Origin: an uncultured cyanobacterium
GTDB taxonomy: Bacteria; Cyanobacteriota; Cyanobacteriia; CAKZMO01
Assembly: GCA_963719515.1 (NCBI GenBank)
Contig: CAVRCJ010000004.1
Coordinates: 1-64,000, forward strand
DNA length: 64,000 nucleotides
Reading direction: 5' to 3'
The position numbers and the translations under genes were made by a program. The notes under the pieces are model-generated. The model was not told the origin of the DNA and made no database searches. It worked only from the letters and a program-made list of their open reading frames with translations. Below, piece after piece: positions 52,700 through 63,637 of the stretch. Position 1 is the stretch's first letter. Each line of letters opens with the position of its first letter.

Positions 52700-54397
52700 C
52701 TAGCGAGATAGGTGCTCAAAAAGCTGCTGTCGCCAGCGGGCGCTCTGCTTGCGATCGCACTTCACCTCCAGCAGCCGTATACCGCTTGTGGGCAGCTCTG
52801 ATATGGCGGCTGCTAGCTCGTCCCTACTCTCAATATGCCGGTAGCTGATGCCGTAGGCCTGACAGAGCAGCGGCAGGTTCACCCCCTGCGGCGTCGCGAA
52901 AAACTCAGTGAACGGCGGGTCAAACTGGGCCACCGGCAGCAGCTCAAAGATGCCGCCGCCGCTGTTGTTGATTAGCACGATCGTCAGGTGACCTCGAAAC
53001 TGAGGCCGCAGCAAAAACCCGTTGGTGTCGTGCAGTAAGGCCAAATCCCCCGTCAGCAGGACAGTGGGACGATGCCCGTGAGCTGCCCCTAGCGCCGTGG
53101 ACAGGGTGCCGTCAATGCCGTTTGCCCCCCGATTGACGTAGGGCACAATCTGGCGATCGCTCGCAGCCCAAAACCACTCTACATCCCGGACGGCGGTGCT
53201 GTTGGCGATCGCCAGCGGCGTTTGGGGCGGCAGATGCCGGGAGAGCAGCCAGGCCACGGTGCTCTCGTTGGTGGAGGGGGCACAGCGGACGGCGGCGTCG
53301 AGCTGCTGCCGGGTCTGGGCCTCGGCGTCGAGCCAGCGCTGGGCGTAAGGCCGGTCAGGGGCGCGCACCTGAGAAAAACTGAGCTGCGTGACGTCGCACC
53401 GAAGCGGAACAGCTCGCCCGTGGGTGGGGTCGAGGTTGTCGGGCGCAGTATCGACCCCCCAGCGCGGGGCGTCGGTTTGGGCAAGCCACTGACGCAGCAC
53501 CTTGCTGGTGGGCAGGGGGCCAATTTGCACCACGGCCTGCGGGGCGAGGCGCTCTGCCCAGAGGGGCGAGCGCAAAATGCTGTCGTAGGTCGTCACTAGG
53601 TAGGGCTGCAGCGACGCCCAGTTGCGCAGGGGAGAAAGCCCCTCAGCGAGCACCGGATAGCCTGTCTTTTGAGAGAGCTGAGCGATCGCCTGACAGTAGC
53701 GCTCGGGGTCCGGAGGAGCCGCTACGCCCACCACAATGACTCCGAGCGGCGGCAGGTCAGGGAGGGGGAGGGATATCGTGGGAGCCGGGGCAGGGGCGAC
53801 GACGGTAAAAAAATCTGGGGGAAGCGCCTCTAGCGTCGTGCCGTCTGACACCGGGGCCAAGGGGTCTCGAAACGGCAGGTTGAGGTGTACAGGTCCGCGC
53901 CCCGGCTCCAGCGATCGCCGCCAGGCCTGCACTACCGTTTGCCGCAGGTAGTCCAGCCGACCTGCCCCGGGCAGCGCTAGCTCGGCGTACCACTGCGCCG
54001 CCGCCCCGTAGAGCTTTTGCTGGTCGATCGCCTGCCCCGCCCCACAGTGGCGCAGCTCCGGCGGACGGTCCGCCGTCAGCACCAGCAGCGGCACCCGGCT
54101 CTCCCGCGCCTCAATAACGGCGGGGTAAAAGTTTGCGCCAGCGGTGCCCGAGGTGCAGACCATCGCCACCGCCCGGCCGCTCTGCTTGGCTCGTCCTAAA
54201 GCAAAAAAGCTGGCGGAGCGCTCGTCGAGAATAGAGATGGCCTCGATAAGCGGGTGCGCGGCAAAGGCGATCGCCAGGGGCGCCGAGCGAGAGCCGGGGC
54301 AGACGACCGCCGTCTGCAGCCCTAGCCGAGCGAGGGTCTCCACCAGCACGCTGGCCCACAGCGTGTTGAGGTTGCGGTAGTCAATCGACTCACCCAC
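52700..54397 (-). CDS. menD: SEPHCHC synthase
   Basis: [45 protein letters not shown]. Confidence 0.97.
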   Translation of the reverse strand: MGESIDYRNLNTLWASVLVETLARLGLQTAVVCPGSRSAPLAIAFAAHPLIEAISILDERSASFFALGRAKQSGRAVAMVCTSGTAGANFYPAVIEARESRVPLLVLTADRPPELRHCGAGQAIDQQKLYGAAAQWYAELALPGAGRLDYLRQTVVQAWRRSLEPGRGPVHLNLPFRDPLAPVSDGTTLEALPPDFFTVVAPAPAPTISLPLPDLPPLGVIVVGVAAPPDPERYCQAIAQLSQKTGYPVLAEGLSPLRNWASLQPYLVTTYDSILRSPLWAERLAPQAVVQIGPLPTSKVLRQWLAQTDAPRWGVDTAPDNLDPTHGRAVPLRCDVTQLSFSQVRAPDRPYAQRWLDAEAQTRQQLDAAVRCAPSTNESTVAWLLSRHLPPQTPLAIANSTAVRDVEWFWAASDRQIVPYVNRGANGIDGTLSTALGAAHGHRPTVLLTGDLALLHDTNGFLLRPQFRGHLTIVLINNSGGGIFELLPVAQFDPPFTEFFATPQGVNLPLLCQAYGISYRHIESRDELAAAISELPTSGIRLLEVKCDRKQSARWRQQLFEHLSR

Positions 54398-54400
54398 GGG

Positions 54401-55738
54401 CTAGGAAACCACATGACTATAGACTTTCGAGAGCCGGTCGACGTAGTTTTGGGTATTGAAAGCCACCGCCCGCCGCCGCCCCGCCGCCACAAGCTTCTCC
54501 CGCAGCGCTCCGTCCTCCATCAGCGCCTGCAGCTTGGCGCGAATGTCATTGACGTCGTAGGGGTCGACGTAGACGGCGGCGTCTTCACAGACCTCCGGCA
54601 GGGACGAGACGTTGGAGGTGAGTACCGGACAGTCGAAGGTCATTGCCTCCAGCGGCGGCAGACCAAACCCTTCGTACAGCGAGGGGAACGCGAAGCACAG
54701 GGCTCCGGCGTAGAGATGCTTGAGGTCTTCCATGGTGACGTATTCCAAAAGCCGCACCCGCCGCGCTAGGGTGCTGTAGCCGTCGTCCTTGAGGCGGCGC
54801 AGAACGTCTTTCCACAGCCAGCCCTTTTTGCCCACAATCACCAGCGGCACGTCGGTATCAATGCCGGCGTAGGCGTCGATGAGCCGACCCACGTTTTTCT
54901 TGGGCTCAATCGCCCCTACGAATAGTACATAGCGCTCGTACTGGAGCCCAAACTTTTTCACGTAGCGGGAGACCGACGTAGCGCTGCTGTCGGGGAGCGG
55001 CGTCAGGGCGATGGGCTGGTAGGTGACCCAAATTTTGTCGGGGTCAACGTCGTAAATGGTCAAGATGTCCTGCTTGGAGTGCTGGGACACCGTGATGATG
55101 GCGTCTGAGCGCTTCAGGGTTTCCTTCACTAAGTCATAGAAAGCCCGCTTGTTGTCTAGGGTTGCGTAGGGCAGCCTCAGGGGAATTAAGTCGTGCACGG
55201 TAGTAATTTTTTTAGTGCCGTTGATCCACACCGGCAGGGGGTAAGTGGCGTGAAAGACGTCGATGGGCTGCGGCACCTCTAGACAGGTATAGCGCTTGAT
55301 GTATTTAAACAGCGTATTCGACCCGCTGTAGGCGTTGCGCAAGTTGAGAATGCCGATTTGGTCGACTAGCTCACTGAGGGCATTAAGCAGGCTTCCCGGC
55401 AGGGGCCGCTTGAGAACGACGTCGCTGGTCTGGATTTTGCTGGCGACTTCGGTTTGCCCCGCGAGGGTCTTGAGCAGGGCGATCGCCAGGCGGGCTCTTT
55501 TGGTGAGCAGGGCAATCCGGCTGGGTTCGTCTATGGGCTCGACATCGAAAAACAGCACCTCATCGAGAATCGAATTTTGGGTTTGGCCGATGTCGCGGCT
55601 AAAGAGAATGTCGGTACTGACGCCCAGCTCATGCAGCGCCCGCAGCAGGCTGATGCCGTAGGTCTTAATTCCTGTCCCTTGGGTCATTTCCAGGTTGTAG
55701 CCATCAACCAAGACCCGCACACCGGCTAAGTTACTCAT
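54401..55738 (-). CDS. glycosyltransferase, GT4 family
   Basis: [31 protein letters not shown]. Confidence 0.93.
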   Translation of the reverse strand: MSNLAGVRVLVDGYNLEMTQGTGIKTYGISLLRALHELGVSTDILFSRDIGQTQNSILDEVLFFDVEPIDEPSRIALLTKRARLAIALLKTLAGQTEVASKIQTSDVVLKRPLPGSLLNALSELVDQIGILNLRNAYSGSNTLFKYIKRYTCLEVPQPIDVFHATYPLPVWINGTKKITTVHDLIPLRLPYATLDNKRAFYDLVKETLKRSDAIITVSQHSKQDILTIYDVDPDKIWVTYQPIALTPLPDSSATSVSRYVKKFGLQYERYVLFVGAIEPKKNVGRLIDAYAGIDTDVPLVIVGKKGWLWKDVLRRLKDDGYSTLARRVRLLEYVTMEDLKHLYAGALCFAFPSLYEGFGLPPLEAMTFDCPVLTSNVSSLPEVCEDAAVYVDPYDVNDIRAKLQALMEDGALREKLVAAGRRRAVAFNTQNYVDRLSKVYSHVVS

Positions 55739-55741
55739 GTT

Positions 55742-55898
55742 TTGTCTCTTGCAGCTTGTCTCTCACCGCTTGTCTCTCACAGTTTTGTCTCTCACAGTTT
55801 TGTCTCTCGCAGTTTGTCTCTCGCAGTTTGTCTCTCGCAGTTTGTCTCTCGCAGCTTTGTCTCTCGCAGCTTTGTCTCTCGCAGCTTTGTCTCTCACC
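55742..55898. repeat. 14/15-bp tandem repeat with core TTGTCTCTCGCAG, 11 copies
   Basis: adjacent copies fill most of the wzt-GT intergenic space. Confidence 0.95.
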
Positions 55899-55933
55899 AA
55901 CCGCCCTCACCTCTCGCGTCTTACAGCATGGTC

Positions 55934-57319
55934 TCACAGCTCAGAATGCACTTTTGACGAAGGCAGCAGGCGATCGCTCCAGGTAGCCGGGAGGTGGACC
56001 AATCCTGGGGTCCGCTTTTCCGTCGGCTTACTGCCGTCTGCCGCAACGACCGTAACGACGACGCTCTCACTCGCTTTGTGGGGGGCTGCATTGGGGTCGT
56101 CCGGCGGCACCGCCAGCGTGACGAGAAGCCGGTACTTACTCTCGCGCAGCAGCAGCTCAGGCACAAAGCAGTCTATCAAACCCAGCCTGGATTCGCCGGA
56201 GGAAAGGGGCTCCGGCAGACGAACGATGTGGGTGGAGTGGGTGATGCAAAATTCGTCTCCTAGCACCAAGAGCTGCACCGTGGCCCGGATGCGGTGGACC
56301 TGGGGCTGACTAACAAACCGGACCTGGACCCGCAGTGGCGTTAGGCTCTCGAATGTGGTGCGGGGCTGTCCTGCCGGGTCGAGCAGCTCAAGGCCAGCGA
56401 TTTCGATGGCGTCTACTTCGGTGTCCTCTGTGTCTTCGTCTTCGCGCATTCCATCTTGGGCCTCCATCACCGCCGCTGCGCCCGACTGCTTGAGCGCCAT
56501 GGCTAGCTTTTGGCGACGCTGATTGACCACGCGGCGATCGCGCTTGGTCTCGGTCTCGGGCAGGTTGTAGTAGGCTTCGCACACCTCCGACGCCGGGCCA
56601 ATGGTCTTCACCACCCCCTTGTGCAGCAAAATAGCGCGGTTGCACAGCTGCTCCACCTTGGGCACTAGGTGGGTCACAAAGACGATGGTCGCCCCCGAGC
56701 GCACAATTTCCTCCATCCGCCGAAAGCAGCGCTCCTTGAACTTCCAGTCTCCCGTCGCCAGCACTTCGTCCAGCAGCAGCACGTCCGGGTTGATTAGGTT
56801 AGTGGCGATAGAAAATCCCAGCCGCCCCTTCATCCCCGAGCTGTAGTTCTTGACCGGCGTGTCAATGAAATCCCCAATCTCGGCAAAGTCGAGAATGTCG
56901 TCGATGTTTTTATCGACCTGGCGGCGGGGAATACCCAAAATGGCCGCGTTGACGTAGATATTCTCCCGCCCCGTCAGCAGCGGCTGAAACCCGGCCCCCA
57001 GGGTAATCAAAGCGCCCATCTTGCCGCGAATGGTCACCTCCCCTGTGGTGGGCTTGATCAGTCCCTGCATAATTTTTAGGAGCGTCGTTTTCCCCGAGCC
57101 GTTGACGCCAATCACCCCAAAAGACTCCCCCCGCCGTAGCTCAAAGTTGACGTCCTGCAGGGCCCAAAACTCCTCGCGGCGCAGCTCCGGCTCGGGCTCA
57201 CTCTGCAGCAGCAGCTCACTGGCCAAATCCTGCAGGCCGTAGCGGAGCGATCGCTTCAGCTGTTTGCAGTACTTCTTGGAGACATTGTTGACCTGGACTA
57301 AAACTTCGTCTGACGGCAT
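55934..57319 (-). CDS. wzt: polysaccharide ABC exporter ATP-binding protein with C-terminal Wzt-C-like domain
   Basis: EFWALQDV, GVNGSGKTT, YSSGM, LLDEVLATGD. Confidence 0.9.
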   Translation of the reverse strand: MPSDEVLVQVNNVSKKYCKQLKRSLRYGLQDLASELLLQSEPEPELRREEFWALQDVNFELRRGESFGVIGVNGSGKTTLLKIMQGLIKPTTGEVTIRGKMGALITLGAGFQPLLTGRENIYVNAAILGIPRRQVDKNIDDILDFAEIGDFIDTPVKNYSSGMKGRLGFSIATNLINPDVLLLDEVLATGDWKFKERCFRRMEEIVRSGATIVFVTHLVPKVEQLCNRAILLHKGVVKTIGPASEVCEAYYNLPETETKRDRRVVNQRRQKLAMALKQSGAAAVMEAQDGMREDEDTEDTEVDAIEIAGLELLDPAGQPRTTFESLTPLRVQVRFVSQPQVHRIRATVQLLVLGDEFCITHSTHIVRLPEPLSSGESRLGLIDCFVPELLLRESKYRLLVTLAVPPDDPNAAPHKASESVVVTVVAADGSKPTEKRTPGLVHLPATWSDRLLPSSKVHSEL

Positions 57320-57350
57320 CGTTCCCTTCCTCTTGGCTCAACTAATCGCC

Positions 57351-58223
57351 CTAACGCTCAACTAACAGCGGCACAGAAACTCGGTAGAGCACCCACCCCA
57401 CCAAAAATAGCGCTATGGTCACCAGCGAAACCACAACAAACAAAATGGGGTTATTCAGTTGGCCCGTGGTCGTCAGGTCAATCACCCCCGACAGCAGGGG
57501 CGTGACCGGGTTCAGCTCCACGAGCAGCGAGTAGGGCCACCGCTCCGGCGGCGGGTAGAGAATGGGCGTGAGGAAAAACCAAAATCGCGTCAGGTAAGGC
57601 AGAGCGGAGGAAACGTCGGTATACAGGCTGCCAAAGGGAACGAGAAACAGGCCGATGCTGATTCCCAACAGCATCAACATCACGAGCGCCCCTAGCGCCG
57701 GAATGACACCCCACGTAATGTTGATGGGCGCGAACAAAAACACCAGCGTCAGCACCATGATCTGGATGCCCTGGTCAAACAGCAGCTCCCCGACCCCCGC
57801 CAGCATCAGCCCTTCTACCGGAACTTGGATGGTTCGCAGCAGCTGTAGACCGTCCTTCATGGCCTGCAGCGGCATGGCAAGGCTGCGGGAAAACACCTGC
57901 CACAGCACGGTGGCAAACATGACGTAGAGCGGGTAGGGAATTTCTGTTTCCCCCACGTCGACGACGCCGCTTTGCTCAAGCACCCGCGACGTTAGCGCCG
58001 CCAAAATGGGCGGAATCACGGCCCATAGGGGTCCTAAGAGGGATTGCCGGTAGCGCACGTTGAGCTTTCGGTACGTGAGCTGCCAGGCGAGATCGCGGGA
58101 GGTGAGCAAATCGTTCCAAATGTCTTGAAACAAAACGCTGGGCTGTCGCAGCCGGCTTTTGTGGGTGTAGGTCACAACCGGCAGCGTCGGGGAGTCAGGG
58201 GGGGACGATTCAGTTCTCCTCAT
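57351..58223 (-). CDS. wzm: polysaccharide ABC exporter permease
   Basis: RYRQSLLGPLW, FFLTPILYP, LNPVT. Confidence 0.9.
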   Translation of the reverse strand: MRRTESSPPDSPTLPVVTYTHKSRLRQPSVLFQDIWNDLLTSRDLAWQLTYRKLNVRYRQSLLGPLWAVIPPILAALTSRVLEQSGVVDVGETEIPYPLYVMFATVLWQVFSRSLAMPLQAMKDGLQLLRTIQVPVEGLMLAGVGELLFDQGIQIMVLTLVFLFAPINITWGVIPALGALVMLMLLGISIGLFLVPFGSLYTDVSSALPYLTRFWFFLTPILYPPPERWPYSLLVELNPVTPLLSGVIDLTTTGQLNNPILFVVVSLVTIALFLVGWVLYRVSVPLLVER

Positions 58224-58457
58224 GCGGGGGATTGGAATAAACCGGAGACTAAAGAGCTAAACGCCAAACGGAGCGCTGGACTTGATGATACTGCATTTGC
58301 GCAATTCTCATTTCCGCCAACAGCATCCTTTATTTGTGGGCGGTGCGGTGTAGCCAGTAATGACAATTGCTGTTAGCGCACAGAATGTCCTGAGGGCTAA
58401 AGAAAATGTGCTAGATAGGGGAGATACCGCTGTCGCTGCCTGAATCTCCCCCGCGCC

Positions 58458-58593
58458 ATGGCCACCATCACCATTCGAGAACGCCCGCAGACTGATAAGA
58501 ATTGCTTTGAAGCCGCGGTGAGCTTTGGGCGGGGCAGTAACCCATCGCCGTCAGCAATCCCTTCAGAGAGGCGGAAGAGCGGCTGGAGTGGCA
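58458..58593 (+). pseudogene. relic N-terminus of a cyanobacterial CHAT/TPR-type protein
   Basis: MATITIRE...FEAAVSF, then after a frameshift and stop PIAVSNPF...EERLEW; family assignment from memory. Confidence 0.5.
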
Positions 58594-58790
58594 GACTACC
58601 GGGCATCTCGAAAAATACAGGGTATGAAGTCTCAACATGAGCTCATAGAGGTCGTCGCGGGTAAGACTTCAAGTCTCACTGACGAGCCAAAATCACTCGA
58701 CGATGAGCATCTGATAGGGCTGACGCCAATAGACCACGTCTTGTGCAATTTGCGATCCCTCCGCCTCTGGCACCCCTCTTAATCAAGAGG

Positions 58791-59191
58791 GATACCGCTG
58801 GCGAAATATTTCGTAATCGAGCTGTACGCTTTCGAGGCCCCCTAACCCCCAATTCTGGGGGAACCGGAGCAGTGGCCATACTATTCGCGGCTATTAACTT
58901 TAAGGAGTTCTAACCTCTCTGAAGTCCCCCAGAATTGGGGGATTTAGGGGGCTTCTCCGGGGCAGGAAATAGCCAAGATGTAACAAGGCATGAAATTCGC
59001 CAGCGGTATCAATCCTGGGGGAACCCGAGCAGCGTCTATACCATTGACTGCTATTAACTTTAAGGAGTTCTAACCTCTCTGAAGTCCTCTCAATTGGGGG
59101 CTTAAAGCCCTTCGGGCATACCAGAAAAGGGGGCTTCTCCGGGGCAGGAAATAGCCGAGATGTAACAAGGCATGAAATTCGCCAGCGGTAT
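58791..59191. mobile_element. MITE with 15-bp TIRs and tandem duplication of its right part
   Basis: GATACCGCTGGCGAA at 58791, TTCGCCAGCGGTATC ending 59010, second right end at 59191; AAGAGGG on both flanks. Confidence 0.85.
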
Positions 59192-59365
59192 AAAGAGGGA
59201 CAGGGGGGAGTCCTACGCTGAATATGGCAGCAAGGATTTTTTATGTGTAAGTTCTAGTCAAAATCAACCCTTCGTACCAGGTCAGAGACCACAGCATGCC
59301 ACGGCCCTAGGACGTGCGATCGCCCTCTGCCGAGGGTTCCAAGCTGCCCCACCTCCTCTGTCTAT

Positions 59366-59531
59366 CTGCTAAATACACACAAGTTTGACCCCCTCTAGCT
59401 CCCCTACGCCCTGCGGGCAGGCTAACGCCAAAGCCAAGGGGGAGAACCACGATTTCTCCCCTTTCCAAGGGGAGACTAAGAGGGGTAAAACAGCACTTAG
59501 ACTTCACAGCCAAGATGTGTGTCTCTAGTAG
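59366..59531. mobile_element. second, degenerate MITE-like element
   Basis: imperfect TIRs CTGCTAAATACACACA / TGTGTGTCTCTAGTAG (13 of 16) and internal CCCC/GGGG hairpins. Confidence 0.6.
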
Positions 59532-59669
59532 CCTCTACCCACAGAACGCAGCCAAACCTTCTACCGTCCGCCGAATTCTAGTTTCAGGGCGGGTTTGCGA
59601 TAGTGTTGAAGACAGACGCCAATAACCTTGCCCCACCGTCTCAACCCCAGCCAAGCCTCGCCCGCCGAC

Positions 59670-60869
59670 ATGTCCCAGCCTGACCTTCCAACATCCGACG
59701 CAGCGAATCGAGCCGGGGCCGACGCTCCAGAGTCGCCCCCCAATGCGCTCAAAGTTGCGATCGCCCATGAGTGGCTCGTTAAGCACGCGGGTTCAGAGCG
59801 GGTCGTAGAGCAAATGCTGCACCTGTACCCCGAGGCCGACCTGTTTAGCCTGGTGGATTTTCTCACCGAGGGGCAGCGCTTTTTTATCCGCCATAAGCCC
59901 GTCCAAACCTCGTTTATTCAGTCCCTGCCTTGGGCGCGGCGGCACTTCCGCCAGTACCTGCCGCTGATGCCCCTAGCCATCGAGCAGTTCGACTTCTCTG
60001 GTTACGACGTCGTTGTTTCTAGCCACCATGCCGTTGCCAAAGGCGTGATTACCCGTGCCGACCAGCTGCACATTAGCTATGTGCATACGCCGCTGCGCTA
60101 CGGCTGGGACTTACAGCACCAGTATCTGGCCAGCATGACCCCGGCCAAGGGAGCCGTGGCCCGCCTGATTTTGCACTACCTGCGGCTGTGGGATGTCGCC
60201 AGCGCCCACCGGGTCGACTGCTTTGTGGCCAACTCTCGCACCGTCGCCCGCCGCATTCAAAAAACCTACCGCCGCACTGCCCAGGTCGTTTATCCCCCGG
60301 TCGCTGTGGACCGCTTCACCCCCAGCAGCCAGCGGGACGACTTCTATCTGGTGCTGTCTCGCTTTGTGCCCTACAAGCGAGTGGATTTAATTGTGGACGC
60401 CTTTGCCCAAATGGGGCTGCCCTTGGTGGTCATTGGCGATGGCCCCGATCAGCCCCTTATTGAGCAGCTGGCCAAGCCCAACATTCAGCTGCTGCCGCCT
60501 CAGCCTGAGGCGGTGGTCACCGACTACCTAAACCGCTGCAAAGCGTTTGTCTATGCCGCTGAAGAGGATTTTGGCATCGCGGCGGTGGAGGCCCAGGCGG
60601 CAGGCGCACCCGTCATCGCTTACGGGCGAGGTGGCGTCACGGAAACGGTGCTTCCCGGCAAGACGGGGATCTTGTTCCCCCACCAGACAGTTCCCAGTCT
60701 GTTGGGGGCAGTACAGGCCTATCACGCCGACCCAAAGCAGTTTCGGGTTGAAGATTTACGATACAATGCTGAACGGTTTTCACCGGAGCGATTTCACCAA
60801 GCGTTTTCTCAGGTCGTTGAGCAAGCTTGGGATCGCTTCCAGCACTCTGACGGAGCCGAATCGCTGTGA
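59670..60869 (+). CDS. glycosyltransferase, GT4 family (WbaZ-like)
   Basis: AHEWL...GSERV, YVHTPLRY, PYKRVD, EEDFGIAAVEAQA. Confidence 0.93.
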   Translation: MSQPDLPTSDAANRAGADAPESPPNALKVAIAHEWLVKHAGSERVVEQMLHLYPEADLFSLVDFLTEGQRFFIRHKPVQTSFIQSLPWARRHFRQYLPLMPLAIEQFDFSGYDVVVSSHHAVAKGVITRADQLHISYVHTPLRYGWDLQHQYLASMTPAKGAVARLILHYLRLWDVASAHRVDCFVANSRTVARRIQKTYRRTAQVVYPPVAVDRFTPSSQRDDFYLVLSRFVPYKRVDLIVDAFAQMGLPLVVIGDGPDQPLIEQLAKPNIQLLPPQPEAVVTDYLNRCKAFVYAAEEDFGIAAVEAQAAGAPVIAYGRGGVTETVLPGKTGILFPHQTVPSLLGAVQAYHADPKQFRVEDLRYNAERFSPERFHQAFSQVVEQAWDRFQHSDGAESL

Positions 60870-60893
60870 GTCAACCCATAACCGCGAATTTTT

Positions 60894-62342
60894 ATGCAGC
60901 TCCACCGCACCTTTAGACCCGCCCTGTTGGCGCTCACGGTGTCCACCCAGTCGTGGCCAACGGTGGTGAGTATGGTAGGAGCCGATGCGGCAGGCTTAGG
61001 GCTCGCCGGAGCGATCGCCGTTCGGTTAGGCATCTGGGTCGATGGGAGCCTGCTGTCTGACCCGGCCCAATACTGGCCGCTGACGCCGCTGCTGGGGCTG
61101 TTTATCCTGGCCTATGCCACCGTGGGCCTTTATCCTGGCGTGGCGGTCAGCCCGGTGGACGAGCTGCGCTTGATTAGCACCGCTACCACCTTGATCTACC
61201 TCGTCCTGGGGTCGGCGCTATTCCTGTTTCAGGGCATGCCCGCCTACTCCCGAACCGTGTTCCTGCTGGGCTGGATGCTGTCGCTAATTTTGGTGCATGT
61301 CAGCCGCGCCGTGATGCGATCGCTGCTGGCGGGGCAAAAGTGGTGGGGCTACCCCGTGATTATTTTGGGGGCAGGGCGCACCGGAGATATGGTGGTGCGC
61401 ACGCTGCAGCGCCGTCCCCGCATCGGCCTCAAGCCCCTGTTCATCTTGGACGACGACCCCGAGAAAAAGGGAACGCTGCACGGGGTACCGGTGGTTGGCA
61501 AGCTAGACATGGCCCCCCGGCTGGCGCGCATATACCGCATTCCCTATGCCATCGTCGCAATGCCGGGGGTGCCTCGGCCCACCCTTTTGGATATGCTGGC
61601 GCGCTATGGCCAAACCTTTGCCCACCTGCTGGTGATTCCCGATCTGTTTGGGTTTGCCTCCCTGTGGATTATCACCAAAGACCTGGGGGGCATCCTGGGG
61701 CTAGAGATTCGCCAGCAGCTGCTGCTGCCCGGTCCTCGGCTCACTAAGTTTGTGATAGACCTGCTGCTCACCCTGTTCGGCGGGCTGCTGCTGCTGCCCC
61801 TGCTGCTGGGCATCGCGATCGCCATTCGCCTGGATTCCCCTGGCCCCATTTTCTATGGCCACACCCGCATCGGCCAGGGGGGGCAGCGGTTTCGCGCCTG
61901 GAAGTTTCGCACCATGGCCCCGAATGCCGACAAGGTGCTGCAAAATTACCTCGACGCCCACCCCGAGCTTAAAGAGGACTGGGAGCGTAACCAAAAGCTG
62001 CGCGAAGACCCCCGCATCACCCGCGTTGGCTGGTTCCTGCGCCGCACCAGCCTAGACGAGCTGCCCCAGCTGTGGAACATCCTGCGGGGAGAGATGAGCT
62101 TAGTGGGGCCGCGCCCCATCGTAGACGAAGAGCTGTGGCGCTACGGCGATAAGATTTCCCTCTACAGCCGCGTTCCTCCCGGCATCACGGGCATGTGGCA
62201 GGTGTCAGGCCGCAACAATATCACCTACGAAGAGCGGGTCAACCTCGATGCCTACTACGTGCGCAACTGGTCGGTGTGGGTGGATATCTACATTTTGCTG
62301 CGCACGGTGTGGGTGGTGCTGCGGGGTGAGGGCGCGTACTAA
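60894..62342 (+). CDS. wbaP: undecaprenyl-phosphate sugar phosphotransferase
   Basis: [42 protein letters not shown]. Confidence 0.92.
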   Translation: MQLHRTFRPALLALTVSTQSWPTVVSMVGADAAGLGLAGAIAVRLGIWVDGSLLSDPAQYWPLTPLLGLFILAYATVGLYPGVAVSPVDELRLISTATTLIYLVLGSALFLFQGMPAYSRTVFLLGWMLSLILVHVSRAVMRSLLAGQKWWGYPVIILGAGRTGDMVVRTLQRRPRIGLKPLFILDDDPEKKGTLHGVPVVGKLDMAPRLARIYRIPYAIVAMPGVPRPTLLDMLARYGQTFAHLLVIPDLFGFASLWIITKDLGGILGLEIRQQLLLPGPRLTKFVIDLLLTLFGGLLLLPLLLGIAIAIRLDSPGPIFYGHTRIGQGGQRFRAWKFRTMAPNADKVLQNYLDAHPELKEDWERNQKLREDPRITRVGWFLRRTSLDELPQLWNILRGEMSLVGPRPIVDEELWRYGDKISLYSRVPPGITGMWQVSGRNNITYEERVNLDAYYVRNWSVWVDIYILLRTVWVVLRGEGAY

Positions 62343-62344
62343 CG

Positions 62345-63604
62345 GTGGGCGACCCTAAGCGAGACCTGCCCAAATTTTGTCGCCCCCTGCTGCGAGTGAG
62401 TGCGATCGCCCTTCCCTACAGTTTTTACAGCCTGATCGGGCTGCTGGTCTTGAGCATTGTGCTGGTATACCACCGGGGCCAGCGGTGGATAGACCCGCTA
62501 ACGCGCGGCACCCTAGCGCTGGCCATAGGGCTATTGCTGCTGAGCTGCACCACGGCCCGTAGCCAGGGCGAGGCGCTGCTGCAGCTGGCTAATTTTCTCC
62601 CTTTTTTTTTGCTGTTTGTGGGCTTGCCCGCCCTGCTGCGCCACGCCGACCTAGCGCAGGTGCTGCAGCGCGACCTAGTGCTGGCCTCGCTGCCTATTGG
62701 CCTCGTCACCCTAGTGGAATATGGCCTTAAGTCGCCCTATCTGCCCGCCGTAATGCAGCAGCGTCCCTGGGTTGAGGCGCTGCGAGCGGCCCCCCACCGG
62801 GGGCGGCCTATGGTGATGTTTGACCATCCCAACGTGCTGGCGAGCTATTTGGTGATTGTGTTCGGTTTGGCCTGGGGGCTAATGCTGCCGGAAGCGCCTC
62901 AGAAGACGCCCCAAAAAGCAGCTAAGTCCCGGATGTGGATTATCGCGACCCTAGGGCTGATTCTGGCGGCGATCGCCTGCACGGGGTCTCGCAACGGCCT
63001 AGCGGTATCCCTACTTCAGGGAATGATTGGGTTGAGCCTGCTGCGATTGCCTTGGCTTTTGAAAGGGGGGATTTTGGTAGGGGTGTCGGGCCTGGGCTTC
63101 GGGCTGGCGGCCCTCAGCTTGGGAACCACCCGCTGGACGGTGACGGCGCTGCGGGACGACCCTCGCTTTGGCCTGTGGCAAATTGCCCTCGATCTGATCT
63201 CTGAGCGCCCCTGGCTCGGCTGGGGACTGGGCAGCTTCAAGCAGCTCTACCCGCCTCGGCTAATCGACCCTGAATACCTGAGCGTGTTTCACCCCCACAA
63301 CGTTGGACTGCTGCTGGCGGCTGAAGCGGGGGTGGGGACGGCGATCGCCTTAACGGTGCTGGTGAGCTTTATCGCCTACCGCAGCCTGCGGGCGCGTCCT
63401 GGCTGTCCCCCTGGTCTCTGGGTAGGCAGCAATCTAGCTTTTTTAGGGGTAGTCGGGTTTGCTTGCTTCGACGTCACCCTATACGACGGGCGCGTCAACG
63501 CCCTCAACTGGATCGTGCTGGCTAGCGCCTACAGTACGTTGTTTTGGGCACAGCTTCAGGGAAAACAAAACGTTAAGCTGTCTAAAGGTCCAATGCAGGA
63601 TTAG
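62345..63604 (+). CDS. O-antigen ligase / Wzy-like polymerase family protein
   Basis: FDHPNVLA, TGSRNG, RPWLGWGLGSF, HPHN. Confidence 0.88.
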   Translation: MGDPKRDLPKFCRPLLRVSAIALPYSFYSLIGLLVLSIVLVYHRGQRWIDPLTRGTLALAIGLLLLSCTTARSQGEALLQLANFLPFFLLFVGLPALLRHADLAQVLQRDLVLASLPIGLVTLVEYGLKSPYLPAVMQQRPWVEALRAAPHRGRPMVMFDHPNVLASYLVIVFGLAWGLMLPEAPQKTPQKAAKSRMWIIATLGLILAAIACTGSRNGLAVSLLQGMIGLSLLRLPWLLKGGILVGVSGLGFGLAALSLGTTRWTVTALRDDPRFGLWQIALDLISERPWLGWGLGSFKQLYPPRLIDPEYLSVFHPHNVGLLLAAEAGVGTAIALTVLVSFIAYRSLRARPGCPPGLWVGSNLAFLGVVGFACFDVTLYDGRVNALNWIVLASAYSTLFWAQLQGKQNVKLSKGPMQD

Positions 63605-63637
63605 TATAAGAGCATTCCGTGAAGTCCGGAGCATCTC

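Noticed and set aside
55742..55898. short repeats as CRISPR or iterons
   Set aside because: Units abut with no spacers, and there is no rep gene or origin context.
58620..58745. possible second gene fragment on the minus strand
   Set aside because: Too short and interrupted by stops to support any family call.
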